Source: an uncultured Candidatus Binatia bacterium
Lineage (GTDB): Bacteria > Desulfobacterota > Binatia > Bin18
DNA length: 64,000 nucleotides
Direction of reading: 5' to 3'
NCBI GenBank assembly: GCA_965218395.1
Contig: OZ244620.1
Span: 1,226,818 to 1,290,817 of the forward strand
Below the pieces are notes generated by a model that was not told the origin of the DNA, did no database searches, and saw only the letters and a program-made list of their open reading frames with translations. Below are positions 1 through 10,206 of this stretch, piece by piece. The position numbers and the translations under genes are program-made. Each line of letters begins with the position of its first letter. Position 1 is the stretch's first letter.

Positions 1-168
1 GCCCATACCTCGATTCGGTTCGGCCTGGGACGCTTTAACACCGAAGAGGATGTGGACTACGTTATCAGGCGTGTCTCCGAGGTGGTCGTCCGCTTGCGGG
101 AGATGTCACCCCTGTACGAGATGGCCAAGGAAGGCATAGACCTCAAATCCGTCCAGTGGAAAACCTGA
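1..168 (+). CDS. iscS: Cysteine desulfurase IscS, 3' end only
   Basis: Frame 1 reads [55 protein letters not shown], the typical IscS C-terminus; directly upstream of iscU. Confidence 0.92.
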   Translation, partial: AHTSIRFGLGRFNTEEDVDYVIRRVSEVVVRLREMSPLYEMAKEGIDLKSVQWKT

Positions 169-218
169 GCACAACAAGCCTGCAACACCGATAGCACTCT
201 ATACTGAGGGAGAAACCG

Positions 219-632
219 ATGGCATACACCGAGCGAGTCCTGGAGCATTACGAGCGGCCGCGGAACGTGGGGAGTTTTGAGGCGGCGGAAGCCAACGTGG
301 GCACGGGGGTGGTGGGCGCCCCGGAGTGCGGGGACGTGATGAAGTTACAGTTGAAGATCAACCCGCAGACCGAAGTGATTGAAGACGCGAAGTTCAAGAC
401 CTTCGGGTGTGGGTCGGCGATTGCGTCGTCGAGCTATGTGACGGAGTTGGTGAAGGGCAAGACGGTGGCGGAGGCGGGGGCGATCAAGAACACGCAGATC
501 GTGGAAGAGTTGGCACTGCCGCCGGTGAAGATACACTGTTCGGTATTAGCCGAGGATGCGATCAAGGCGGCGGTGGCGGACTGGCGGGGACATTCAGAGG
601 AAGCGGTGCCACCGAAGAAGGATGCCGCCTAG
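219..632 (+). CDS. iscU: Fe-S cluster scaffold IscU
   Basis: YERPRNVG, GAPECGD, FKTFGCGSAIASSS, LPPVKIHCS motifs. Confidence 0.97.
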   Translation: MAYTERVLEHYERPRNVGSFEAAEANVGTGVVGAPECGDVMKLQLKINPQTEVIEDAKFKTFGCGSAIASSSYVTELVKGKTVAEAGAIKNTQIVEELALPPVKIHCSVLAEDAIKAAVADWRGHSEEAVPPKKDAA

Positions 633-674
633 GCAAACGTACACAGAAACCATAAGAAGATTGGGACAACTGGT

Positions 675-1022
675 ATGGCAGCAAGCGCGAAAGCAAAGCT
701 CAAGATCGACATCAGCGAAAACGCAGCCAAAAAGATTGAAGACCTGGCGGTCCAGGACGAGCGGCAGGATTGCGGCTTGCGGGTCAAGGTGGTTGGTGGA
801 GGCTGTTCGGGTTTGTCCTACAAGATGGCCCTGGACAGCCCACGTGACGGTGACCGTGTCTTTGAGCGCGAAAGTGCCAAAGTCATCGTTGACCGCAAAA
901 GCTTTATCTATCTCCGCGGGACGGAGTTGGATTTCTCCGAAACCTTAATGGATTCAGGCTTTAAGCTGACGAATCCCAATATCAAACGCGCATGCGGCTG
1001 CGGTAGCTCCTTCTCGGTCTAG
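675..1022 (+). CDS. iscA: A-type Fe-S carrier (IscA/HesB family)
   Basis: GGGCSG and C-terminal NPN...CGCGSSF; isc operon context. Confidence 0.93.
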   Translation: MAASAKAKLKIDISENAAKKIEDLAVQDERQDCGLRVKVVGGGCSGLSYKMALDSPRDGDRVFERESAKVIVDRKSFIYLRGTELDFSETLMDSGFKLTNPNIKRACGCGSSFSV

Positions 1023-1033
1023 CCCAACACACT

Positions 1034-1693
1034 ATGCCAACGCCGACGGTGGTGCGCTGCTGGCGCTGTCAGGACGAGCATACACCCCAGGTGTTCTGCC
1101 CGGCCTGCGCGGCTCTCCAACCCTTACCTCCGGACCTTGACTATTTCACGCTATTTGGTCTGGCTCGCGAGCCGCTGCTTGACGAGCAGGTGCTGGCCAA
1201 GACGTATTATGAGCTGAGCCGCCAACTCCATCCGGACCTGCACCAGACCGGGACTGCTGAGGAACAGGAGGCCAGCCTTCAGAATACCGCGCTGGTGAAC
1301 CGGGCCTACTGGACCCTGCGCGATCCGGTCCAGCGCGGCCGGTACTGGCTCGAACTCAACGGCGAACAGCTCGGCAAGGAAAACAATAGGGTCCCTCCCG
1401 CTCTGGCCCTGTTGGTGTTTGAGGTACAGGAAAAGCTGGCCGCCGTCCGGGAGGCCCAGAGTGCCGAGACCGATGCCGCGCTGGCGGGCCTCAAAGCCGA
1501 GCTGACGCAGGTACGGGACGATCTGGACGACCGGATGCGGGACTTACAGCACAGGCTGGCGGCCAATTTCTCCAAATGGGCGCAGGCTGACGGTGCGGCT
1601 GAGCTCTTGGGCGAACTGAAGCGGGTACTGTCCGATATGGCCTATCTGCGGACCTTAACCCGCGACGTGGACAAGGCCCTCTCCACCCTGTGA
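1034..1693 (+). CDS. hscB: Co-chaperone HscB with N-terminal Cys-rich zinc-finger extension
   Basis: [17 protein letters not shown]-domain [13 protein letters not shown]. Confidence 0.93.
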   Translation: MPTPTVVRCWRCQDEHTPQVFCPACAALQPLPPDLDYFTLFGLAREPLLDEQVLAKTYYELSRQLHPDLHQTGTAEEQEASLQNTALVNRAYWTLRDPVQRGRYWLELNGEQLGKENNRVPPALALLVFEVQEKLAAVREAQSAETDAALAGLKAELTQVRDDLDDRMRDLQHRLAANFSKWAQADGAAELLGELKRVLSDMAYLRTLTRDVDKALSTL

Positions 1694-1709
1694 AAAAAAG
1701 AGGCGAAGC

Positions 1710-3536
1710 GTGGAACATATAGTTGGGATCGATCTCGGCACCACCAATAGTCTGATTGCGTATGTGGACGACACCGGCCCACAAGTCGTTGCCGATAGCG
1801 CAACCGGGCAGAAGATGCTGCCGTCTATCGTCAGTTTTTTGCCGAATGACCGGGTTGTCGTCGGCTGGGAGGCGGGCGAGTTGGCCCGAACCCAGCCGCT
1901 CTCGACCATTCGGTCGGTGAAGCGCTTTATGGGCCTCGGCATGGAGCATGTGAGTCCTGATGATCGCAAGCGCTATCGCTTCGTTGACGATCAGGGCGAC
2001 GCCGCCGGTCTGGTCCGTTTTGCCATCCACGACCGACAGGTGACACCCCCGGAGGTCTCGGCCGTTATTCTGCGTGCCTTGCGGGACCGGGCCGCGGCGG
2101 CCCTCCAAGAAGAAGAGACCGGTAAGGTGGTCATTACCGTTCCGGCGTATTTCAACGATTCGCAGCGGCAGGCGACCAAAGACGCCGGCAAGCTGGCCGG
2201 TCTTGAGGTCATTCGCCTCCTCAACGAACCAACCGCGGCCGCTCTGGCCTATGGCCTGAATACAAAAGAAGAGGGGCTGATTGCGGTGTATGACTTTGGG
2301 GGTGGCACGTTTGACGTGTCCATTCTGCGGCTCCACACCGGCATCTTCGAGGTGTTATCCACCAACGGCAATACCCGCTTGGGTGGTGACGATATCGATC
2401 AGTCCATAGCCGAGCGTTTTCTCCTGGCGGAACTGGCCGAGGAAGTACGCGATGATCCGCAGGTGCTGAATAGTGCGCTGCGTGCGGCCGAAAAGGCCAA
2501 GCGGGTCTTATCCGAGCAGGACGAGACGGTCCTCAATCTGAGCGTCCCGGACAAGGGGATTCAGGTCTCTCGTCGCCTGACCCGTCACGAACTGGAAGCC
2601 GCAGTTGACGAGGTTGTGGCCCGCACGCTTGAGCCGTGTCGGCAGGCGCTCAAAGATGCCGGGCTTGAGACCCCTGATATTGAAGAAGTCATCCTTGTCG
2701 GCGGCTCGACCCGCATGCCGCTGGTACGCCGGCGCGTAGGTGAGTTTTTTGGTCGGACGCCACTCGCAGGTATTGATCCTGATGAAGTCGTCGCTATTGG
2801 GGCGGCTGTCCAGGCGGATACCCTGTCCGGACGGCGGCGGGATATGCTGCTGCTCGATGTGGTGCCGTTATCCTTGGGGATTGAGACCATGGGCGGGGTC
2901 ATGAGTCACCTCATTGAACGCAATACGACCATCCCGGCCAGTGTGAAGGAAATGTTCACCACCGCGGTCGATGACCAGACCGCGGTCGCCGTGCATGTCC
3001 TGCAAGGCGAGCGCGAGCTGGTCCAGGATTGTCGCAGCCTGGCCCGCTTCAGCATTCCCATTGAGCCCAAGCCGGCCGGGGTCCCGCGCGTCGAAGTGAC
3101 GTTTATGATCGACGCCAACGGTATTCTGAACGTTTCCGCCACCGACCTGCGAACCGGGCTCGAACGTTCGCTGGAGGTGAAACCGTCCTACGGCTTGACC
3201 GACGAAGAGGTGGAGCGGCTGCTGGAAGAGTCCATCGACTTTGCGGAAGAGGACATTGAGCAGCGCTTGCTGATTGAGGCCCGGACGGAGGCCGATACCG
3301 TGCTGCACGCCACCGACAAAGCCCTGAGCCAGGAGGCCTCGTTTCTGCAAGAGGGGGAGGAGGAGCAGATTGCCCAGGTCGTGCAAAAGGTCCGCGAGGC
3401 GTGCGCTGGAGAAGACTACGATCTGATCCGGGACCTGACCGAGGAGTTGAGCCAGGTGACCACGCCGTTTGCCCAACGGATTATGGATTCTTCAATCCAG
3501 GAGGCGCTGGGTGAGAAACAGCTCTCCGACTTATAG
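1710..3536 (+). CDS. hscA: Fe-S assembly Hsp70 chaperone HscA
   Basis: [37 protein letters not shown]; follows hscB. Confidence 0.93.
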   Translation: MEHIVGIDLGTTNSLIAYVDDTGPQVVADSATGQKMLPSIVSFLPNDRVVVGWEAGELARTQPLSTIRSVKRFMGLGMEHVSPDDRKRYRFVDDQGDAAGLVRFAIHDRQVTPPEVSAVILRALRDRAAAALQEEETGKVVITVPAYFNDSQRQATKDAGKLAGLEVIRLLNEPTAAALAYGLNTKEEGLIAVYDFGGGTFDVSILRLHTGIFEVLSTNGNTRLGGDDIDQSIAERFLLAELAEEVRDDPQVLNSALRAAEKAKRVLSEQDETVLNLSVPDKGIQVSRRLTRHELEAAVDEVVARTLEPCRQALKDAGLETPDIEEVILVGGSTRMPLVRRRVGEFFGRTPLAGIDPDEVVAIGAAVQADTLSGRRRDMLLLDVVPLSLGIETMGGVMSHLIERNTTIPASVKEMFTTAVDDQTAVAVHVLQGERELVQDCRSLARFSIPIEPKPAGVPRVEVTFMIDANGILNVSATDLRTGLERSLEVKPSYGLTDEEVERLLEESIDFAEEDIEQRLLIEARTEADTVLHATDKALSQEASFLQEGEEEQIAQVVQKVREACAGEDYDLIRDLTEELSQVTTPFAQRIMDSSIQEALGEKQLSDL

Positions 3537-3551
3537 CGCCCGGAGGGAGTC

Positions 3552-3764
3552 ATGAAGCTATACTGGGACACGCCTGAGGATATTGCCGAGCAGCTCTTCG
3601 AAGCCCAGCCCGAGACCGATCCGTTGAGCATCCGTTTTACCGATTTGCTCCGCTGGGTCACCACCCTGGAGGATTTTAGCGACGACCCCCAGGAGTCGAG
3701 CGAGGGTAAACTCGAAGCCATCCAAATGGCCTGGCTGGAAATATATAAAGAGGAAAACGCTTAG
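3552..3764 (+). CDS. iscX: IscX/YfhJ Fe-S assembly protein
   Basis: DPLSIRFTDL..W, LEAIQMAW; 70 aa acidic; operon position. Confidence 0.9.
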   Translation: MKLYWDTPEDIAEQLFEAQPETDPLSIRFTDLLRWVTTLEDFSDDPQESSEGKLEAIQMAWLEIYKEENA

Positions 3765-3786
3765 AGGGTGTTCGATAGCCTCTGAT

Positions 3787-5898
3787 TTACTCCACGTCCG
3801 TAATCACAAAATTCTGACTATTCTGCTGCCACTCCAACAGTACACTCTGCCCCAGGCGGGGGAAGTTCTCCACCACACACTCGCCCTCGACGCCCCGCAG
3901 AAACTCCTGCCCCAGCGTTGTCACCTGTACCGTAGCTCGGCCCAACTCTACCCCATCCGCCTTGGCCACCACCATATGCTCCCCATCCCCCAGCCGATTC
4001 CAGTTGAGCAACAGCCCAAAGCCGTTGTACGTGTCGTCACACACGGTTTTTGTGTCCAGCCGCTCCATCCCATAGCCCGCGGGTTGAGCCCGCCCGTTGA
4101 TCTCAATAGTCACTTCGTCGGCGTCACACACCCAGCCCCAGATTGTCCCAATGCCGCTCTGAAATGACATCGGTCCCGGATTCTCCAACACTCCCCGCTG
4201 CGGCTCAGTAGACACTGGCGGTTCGCTGTGACGGAACGGAGGCACGACGTTCGGGCCTTTGATCCGTATGACTGCCATATGAATGTCACTCAGGTTTTTG
4301 GTGCCGGTCTCGTCAGATAGGAAGGTGCGGAACACGTGGCTTAGTGTTCCATTTGATCCATCGCCGTTGAGCGTCACCACCCCGAACCCACCGCAACTGC
4401 CCAAGGCCGCGTGCTTCACGGAGACGGGATGTGGACCTCGGAAGGAGACGATGAGCCTGCTGCCATCGGGAGAGACATCAATGGAGTCCGGGGCAGGATC
4501 GTCATCGAATTCATAGTCTTCATCATCCTGATTGACAAAGGGCGCTCCTTCGCCGACACACCATTCTGACCCGGTGAGGTCGATGGTTCCCGCATGTGCT
4601 GCTGCCTGCTCTTCCAGCGTTGCGTCGGGATCGTTGATAATCTTGCCCAGATCGAAGACTTCTATGACGTTTTGGATTCGATCAGCCTGATAGAGATATC
4701 GGCCGGTGGTGGGTGAGATGATCATGCCGTGGGCATCACGGCGATTGGCTAAATCCTCTTCAGAGGTGATCCCCAGCGTTTTCTCTTCCAAAAATTTCAC
4801 GGGCCGCGGCATATTAGGCGTTGTGAGAGGGCTGGCGCCATCAGGATAGTCGAGCGGCAGCCGATACATGATGAACACGGAGTCATCCGCGCCGGCGGCA
4901 CTCGCGGACACACCCGCGTTGATATATATAAAGCCACCCCCTTCCTCGCCGCCACACCCGGCGCCATTGATGACGTCATTGGTATATTCGGCAACGATGG
5001 ACATCGGTTCGGTCGTCATATCAACCACAAACAGTCCGCCACCGCCGAGCGTGAGATACACATGCTGATTGTTGCTGCTGGGTCGGGCGCAAACCAGGAC
5101 GTTATTGGGCCGTCCCGGCCCTTCCTTGAGTGTGCCGCTTGGCGTGTACATCGTTTGGAAGTTGGTATACTCCCCGCTCACCTGCCCGGCGGGCAAGGTG
5201 GAATCGGCCATCGCTTCCATAGCGGTTAGGTCTCGGCCCCCCACCAAATCGAGCGTGGCCGCTTTGTTGAAAATGAAGGTGCCGGTCTCCTTATCATAAT
5301 CAATGCGTTCCAACAGCTTTGCGCCAAGATTGGCCACAAGCAGCTTAGTGCCGTCCAGACTGAAATAAGACATATGATTCGAGGGCGCGGAGCCTTCCGG
5401 CCCAGTGGTCCGAAAGAGAGCTTTGGCCAACTTCTCCGCCTCACGCGGTCCCCCTTGAATCGGTCCACATTGCTTGAACCCGTTGCCAGACAGCGTACAT
5501 TGTCCCTCCGCATCGATAATACCCACCAGCCCAACGCCCGGCCCAAAAAAGTTCGCATTCAGATATCGATGTGACGGATGCGGTAACATGCCGTGCAGAC
5601 GCTCGACATTCGCGCCGAGTTCTGAGAACGCGTGTGGAAAGACATCGTCCGCTTCGATGACAGCCGGCGTAAATTCCTCATGGTCTTCAGCATACGTTCC
5701 GGGCTGCGCCCTCATGATGTCGCGGCCTTCGTAGATGAGAATCCGGCTGCCAAAAGTTCCGGTGGGATTCTCGGTGCTGATATCGGCACTATTCGATTGG
5801 TCGGACAACCAGACTTCCCATTCAACCGCCAGGGCATGACTGGCCGTCAACACACACGCCGCGATTACGCTAATAATGCTGTTAAGGGAACGCAACAT
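3787..5898 (-). CDS. Secreted beta-propeller-like protein with a C-terminal extracellular module
   Basis: Signal peptide (..TASHALA/VEW), repeated H-x-x-x-x-S/H-P-x-G blade-like motifs, Pro-rich linker, C-terminal ~135-aa domain LENP..QSGIG.IWGWVC.. Confidence 0.7.
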   Translation of the reverse strand: MLRSLNSIISVIAACVLTASHALAVEWEVWLSDQSNSADISTENPTGTFGSRILIYEGRDIMRAQPGTYAEDHEEFTPAVIEADDVFPHAFSELGANVERLHGMLPHPSHRYLNANFFGPGVGLVGIIDAEGQCTLSGNGFKQCGPIQGGPREAEKLAKALFRTTGPEGSAPSNHMSYFSLDGTKLLVANLGAKLLERIDYDKETGTFIFNKAATLDLVGGRDLTAMEAMADSTLPAGQVSGEYTNFQTMYTPSGTLKEGPGRPNNVLVCARPSSNNQHVYLTLGGGGLFVVDMTTEPMSIVAEYTNDVINGAGCGGEEGGGFIYINAGVSASAAGADDSVFIMYRLPLDYPDGASPLTTPNMPRPVKFLEEKTLGITSEEDLANRRDAHGMIISPTTGRYLYQADRIQNVIEVFDLGKIINDPDATLEEQAAAHAGTIDLTGSEWCVGEGAPFVNQDDEDYEFDDDPAPDSIDVSPDGSRLIVSFRGPHPVSVKHAALGSCGGFGVVTLNGDGSNGTLSHVFRTFLSDETGTKNLSDIHMAVIRIKGPNVVPPFRHSEPPVSTEPQRGVLENPGPMSFQSGIGTIWGWVCDADEVTIEINGRAQPAGYGMERLDTKTVCDDTYNGFGLLLNWNRLGDGEHMVVAKADGVELGRATVQVTTLGQEFLRGVEGECVVENFPRLGQSVLLEWQQNSQNFVITDVE

Positions 5899-5926
5899 GG
5901 AAAAGTCCTCCTTACCTCACTCTATC

Positions 5927-6006
5927 TATAGAGAGGAAAAAATAATTTTCTCTCTCTATAAGGCGGAGAAACTATCCTTATAAATAGAATAAGTCAATCT
6001 ATTCTA
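5927..6006. promoter_or_regulatory. AT-rich divergent promoter region with two inverted repeats (candidate operators)
   Basis: TATAGAGAGGAAAA..TTTTCTCTCTCTATA (5927-5960) and TAGAATA-N8-TATTCTA (5985-6006) between the secreted-protein gene and the XRE gene. Confidence 0.45.
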
Positions 6007-6059
6007 CTTATATGAGGTTACTCGACTCTGTTCAGCCTTGTACCTTTGTAGGTAGGGGT

Positions 6060-6377
6060 ATGGACAGGAAAATCCTGGTCGGACAGCGGATCAGAAAACT
6101 GAGAAAACTCCGCAAACTCTCTCAGGGGGTGCTGGCGGATAGAGCGTCAACGAGCGCCAAATATCTCAGCCGTATCGAGATCGGGCACGAGAACCCCACC
6201 ATAGACCTGCTGTTCCGGCTGGCTGATGGCTTGAATGTCGAACCCTATGAAATGCTGTATTTCGAAGATGGCGAGATCATACGCCAACTACGGACAAAGG
6301 CGACGAAGCTCATAGACGAAGTTCCGGACGAGGATATCGCGCGCGTCGTCGGACTGCTCGAAGCCGTGCTGCACTGA
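6060..6377 (+). CDS. XRE/Cro-C1 helix-turn-helix regulator
   Basis: GQRIRKLRK..LSQ..LA..YLSRIE.G..NPT; ATG 6060 preferred over 6012. Confidence 0.9.
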   Translation: MDRKILVGQRIRKLRKLRKLSQGVLADRASTSAKYLSRIEIGHENPTIDLLFRLADGLNVEPYEMLYFEDGEIIRQLRTKATKLIDEVPDEDIARVVGLLEAVLH

Positions 6378-6483
6378 GAAGGGCGTGATGGCCCTCATAT
6401 CGTGGATCAGAGACAAACGAGAAGGGATAGAACCCAGCTACCCTTGCTGAAGACAATGAGGGGAGCATAGACTGTTCGCCGTC

Positions 6484-8190
6484 GTGATACGCTTTCTGTT
6501 CCGCAGCATTACTCGTTGTGTTCTTTGGATCATCGATCTTCTTGCGCGCCTCACCGGACGGCACCGGCCGTATAATACCCTTCAGCTAGAGCTGACTGGT
6601 CATCTTGCCGAAGATGGGGTCCTGGGCTTTCTGCCGTTTCGCCGTTCAACCGCTCCGGACCTGTTCGGCCTGACCACCCTGCTACGCTGGGCGCGTGAGG
6701 ACGAGCAGCTCAGCACCGTTGTTCTCAGCATCGACCATCTGGACACCGGCTGGGCCCGCCTGCAAAACCTGCGGCGCTCCATTCAGGCGCTCCGTCACGC
6801 TGGGAAATACGTCCTGGTCTATCTGGCCGAGGGGGGCACCCAGGAGTATTACCTCGCTAGCGCGGCCAACGCGGTGGCAATGGCGCCGGCCGGTCACCTG
6901 ACCATCACCGGCCTCGCCGCAGAGACGATGTTCTTTAAGGGCGCGCTCGACAAGCTGGGCATCCAAGCCCAGGTCAGTCAGGCCGGGCAGTATAAGTCGG
7001 CCGGGGAGCCGTTTACGCGGACGTCCCTGTCTGAGCCGCATCGGGAGATGATGAATAGCCTCCTGGACGACCTGTACGATCAGATTGTTGAGGGCGTCGC
7101 CGCAACCCGGAAGACCGACACCGCCACCGTTCGGGCACTCATTGACCAGGGGCTGTTTCTGCCCCACGAAGCCCAGGAAGTGGGCCTGATCGATCACATT
7201 GGCTATGAAGATGATATCCCGCACTGGCTCGAAAGCCGGGGAGGACAGACGGATGGCGGGCCTGCGACCGAGAGCGTGCAGGTCATTGAGGCGGGTGCCT
7301 ATCTGCGCCGCCGCGGACGACTCATGCGGCGCCATGCGCTGCGTTATCCTCCGGTGCGGATGGCCTTTATGACGGTGGGCGGCACGATTACGCGCGGAGA
7401 AACCGAGACCGGGAGTGACGGGATTCAATCCACCGGCTCTGCCAGTATGATCCGAGACCTCCGGCAGGTGCGCGAAGACCCCGGTATCGCGGGCATTATG
7501 ATCCGGGTGTCGAGTCCGGGCGGTTCCGGGCTGGCCTCTGATCTGGTCTGGCACGAGATTCTCCAAACCAAAGAAGAGAAGCCGGTGATTATCTCTATGG
7601 GCGATGTGGCCGCTTCCGGCGGATATTATATCGCGCTGGCCGGGACGACCGTTTTTGCCGAGGAAGGGACGGTGACCGGCTCAATCGGGGTCATTGCCGG
7701 GAAGGCGGTCTTGCAGGGACTGTATGCCCAGCTCGGTCTGGATAAGGAAATCCTGACCCGCGGCAAGCGGGCGGCGCTGTTCTCCGACTATCTGGCCTTT
7801 GGTCCGGCAGAGCAGGAGCGCATGAATACTGAAATCCAGAGCTTCTATCAAGACTTTGTCAAAAAAGTCGCCCAGTGTCGGTCGCTCAGTTATGAGACGG
7901 TTGACGCCTGTGCCCAAGGGAGAGTCTGGAGCGGCAGGCAGGCGGTGGCCCGTGGCCTGGTTGACCGGATAGGCGGGCTGGAAGAGGCCCTGGCCGAACT
8001 CAAATATCGCGTCGGGTTGCCTGACCACTGGCCGGTTGGGGTCGAACGTTTCCCCAAGCCGGCTTCGCTGCTGCGGTTCCCATCCCTTTTACGCCTCCTG
8101 CCCTGGGGGGGGAGCGTCCACGGACCCGGCTGGTCCTGGGAACGAGACCGGATATGGGCAATTCTCCCGTTTTCTCTGCGTTTTTTGTAA
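6484..8190 (+). CDS. sppA: Signal peptide peptidase SppA (protease IV, long form)
   Basis: GQYKSAGEPF, RVSSPGGS, SMGDVAASGGYYIA, QGRVWSG..A. Confidence 0.93.
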   Translation: MIRFLFRSITRCVLWIIDLLARLTGRHRPYNTLQLELTGHLAEDGVLGFLPFRRSTAPDLFGLTTLLRWAREDEQLSTVVLSIDHLDTGWARLQNLRRSIQALRHAGKYVLVYLAEGGTQEYYLASAANAVAMAPAGHLTITGLAAETMFFKGALDKLGIQAQVSQAGQYKSAGEPFTRTSLSEPHREMMNSLLDDLYDQIVEGVAATRKTDTATVRALIDQGLFLPHEAQEVGLIDHIGYEDDIPHWLESRGGQTDGGPATESVQVIEAGAYLRRRGRLMRRHALRYPPVRMAFMTVGGTITRGETETGSDGIQSTGSASMIRDLRQVREDPGIAGIMIRVSSPGGSGLASDLVWHEILQTKEEKPVIISMGDVAASGGYYIALAGTTVFAEEGTVTGSIGVIAGKAVLQGLYAQLGLDKEILTRGKRAALFSDYLAFGPAEQERMNTEIQSFYQDFVKKVAQCRSLSYETVDACAQGRVWSGRQAVARGLVDRIGGLEEALAELKYRVGLPDHWPVGVERFPKPASLLRFPSLLRLLPWGGSVHGPGWSWERDRIWAILPFSLRFL

Positions 8191-8341
8191 CCTAGGTGAC
8201 AGCCTGACCCTTGCCTTGAACTTGTAATCCTTCGGTACGTCGGATATTCTACCGATCTATAATCTTCCGGGTCATATTCTGACTGAGTCTGTAACAACCC
8301 TAAGCGAACAGTGCTGTAACAGCCGAGGGGGAGGAGATTCC

Positions 8342-10201
8342 ATGGCCACCAATCCAGCGGGGGGGCCCCTGCAGAAATCGACGCAAGAGCGTGAAAGCGT
8401 CGTTATTCGTTTTGCCGGTGATTCCGGGGACGGCATGCAGTTGACCGGCACCCGTTTTACCTCCGAATCCGTTCTGGCCGGGAATGATGTCGGCACCTTG
8501 CCCGACTTTCCGGCGGAAATCCGGGCTCCTACCGGCACGCTGTACGGGGTGAGCGCCTTTCAGATCAATTTCAGCAATAAAAATGTCTATACCCCAGGGG
8601 ACGATCTCGACGCCCTGGTGTGCATGAACCCGGCAGCGCTCAAAACCAATATTGCCGACCTGCAGCAGAACGGCATTCTCATCGTTGACCCGGCTGAATT
8701 CAGCACGGCCAACCTGAGAAAAGCCGAGTACGAAGCGAACCCGCTTGAGGACAATTCGCTGGATAAATACCAGGTCTATAAGGTGGAAGTCACCAAGATG
8801 ACGACCCTGGCCCTGAAGGACATCGGCCTGCCAAACCGGTCGGTCATGCGGAGTCGAAACTTTTTTGCCCTGGGCGTTGTCTCCTGGCTGTTCAATCGTC
8901 CGATTGAGCCGACCCTGGAATGGATACAACAGCGCTTCGGGAAGACCCCGGTGGTCGCCGAGGCCAACACCCTGGCCATCAAAGGCGGTTATAATCTGGG
9001 TGAAAATACCGATATGTTTGCCTCGTCCTATGAGATCAAGCCGGCCGAGATCGAGCCTGGGACGTATCGCAATATCACGGGCAACTCGGCCACCGCCCTG
9101 GGTTTTGTGATTGCCGCCCAAAAGGCCGGGCTGCCCCTCTTCCTGGGCAGCTATCCCATCACGCCGGCCAGCGACGTGCTGCACGAATTGGCCGGATACA
9201 AAAACTATAACGTCTATACCTTCCAGGCCGAAGACGAAATTGCCGGGGTGGGGGCCGCCCTGGGCGCCGCTTTTGGCGGGGCACTGGCCATTACGACCAC
9301 CAGTGGCCCTGGGATGAACCTCAAGGGTGAGACCGTGGGGCTGGCCGCCACGGTTGAACTGCCGATGGTGATTACCAATATCCAGCGCGCCGGGCCGAGT
9401 ACGGGCATGCCGACCAAGCCCGAACAGACCGACCTCCTCCAGGCGATCTATGGCCGGCACGGAGAATCGCCCCTGCCGGTGATTGCCGCCTCAACACCGT
9501 CCGACTGTTTTCACGCCGCCTTTGAGGCGGCCCGGATCGCGATGAAGTATATGACGCCGGTCATCCTGCTGACCGACGGCTTCCTGGCCAACGCCTCGGA
9601 GCCGTGGCTCCTGCCGCGGGTCGAGGACCTGCCCAATATCCCGGTCGAATTTCGGACCGACCCGCAGGGCTTCTTCCCCTATCTGCGGGACGAAGAAACC
9701 CTGGCCCGCCCCTGGGTCAAACCGGGGACACCCGGTCTTGAGCACCGCATCGGCGGCATTGAAAAGGATTACCTGACCGGCAATATCAGCTACGCCCCGG
9801 CCAACCACGAGCAGATGGTGCGCGTCCGGCATAAGAAGGTCGCGAACATCACGCAGGAGATTCCGCCGACGCAGGTGAAGGGGCCCGAGCGGGGCAAGCT
9901 GTTGGTTCTGGGCTGGGGCAGTACCTATGGCGCGATTGCCGCTGCGGTCGAGGCCGCGCAGGCGCAGGGTCATGCGGTCGCCCATGCCCATCTGCGCTAT
10001 CTGAACCCGCTGCCGGCCGACCTGGGTGACGTACTGAGCCGGTATGAAAAGGTGCTTGTGCCCGAGATGAATATGGGCCAGCTCCTCAAGCTGATCCGCG
10101 CCGAATATCTGGTTGACGCGGTGGGGCTGAATAAGATCCAGGGCCGCCCGTTTAAGGTGTCTGAAGTGGCAACCCGCATTGCCCGTATGTTGGAGGACTA
10201 A
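8342..10201 (+). CDS. korA: 2-oxoacid:ferredoxin oxidoreductase alpha subunit (gamma-alpha fusion)
   Basis: RFAGDSGDGMQLTG, FPAEIRAP, YPITPAS, QAEDEIA, TSGPG, QRAGPSTGMPT; substrate not determinable. Confidence 0.9.
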   Translation: MATNPAGGPLQKSTQERESVVIRFAGDSGDGMQLTGTRFTSESVLAGNDVGTLPDFPAEIRAPTGTLYGVSAFQINFSNKNVYTPGDDLDALVCMNPAALKTNIADLQQNGILIVDPAEFSTANLRKAEYEANPLEDNSLDKYQVYKVEVTKMTTLALKDIGLPNRSVMRSRNFFALGVVSWLFNRPIEPTLEWIQQRFGKTPVVAEANTLAIKGGYNLGENTDMFASSYEIKPAEIEPGTYRNITGNSATALGFVIAAQKAGLPLFLGSYPITPASDVLHELAGYKNYNVYTFQAEDEIAGVGAALGAAFGGALAITTTSGPGMNLKGETVGLAATVELPMVITNIQRAGPSTGMPTKPEQTDLLQAIYGRHGESPLPVIAASTPSDCFHAAFEAARIAMKYMTPVILLTDGFLANASEPWLLPRVEDLPNIPVEFRTDPQGFFPYLRDEETLARPWVKPGTPGLEHRIGGIEKDYLTGNISYAPANHEQMVRVRHKKVANITQEIPPTQVKGPERGKLLVLGWGSTYGAIAAAVEAAQAQGHAVAHAHLRYLNPLPADLGDVLSRYEKVLVPEMNMGQLLKLIRAEYLVDAVGLNKIQGRPFKVSEVATRIARMLED

Positions 10202-10206
10202 AGACC

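Noticed and set aside
1710-3536. Calling the Hsp70 DnaK
   Set aside because: The hscB/iscX context and short C-terminus indicate HscA.
8300-9460. Long antisense or alternate-frame ORFs (also 31037-32455, 35864-36703, 14149-15033, 6682-7566)
   Set aside because: They overlap well-supported genes, lack motifs, and are expected in high-GC DNA.
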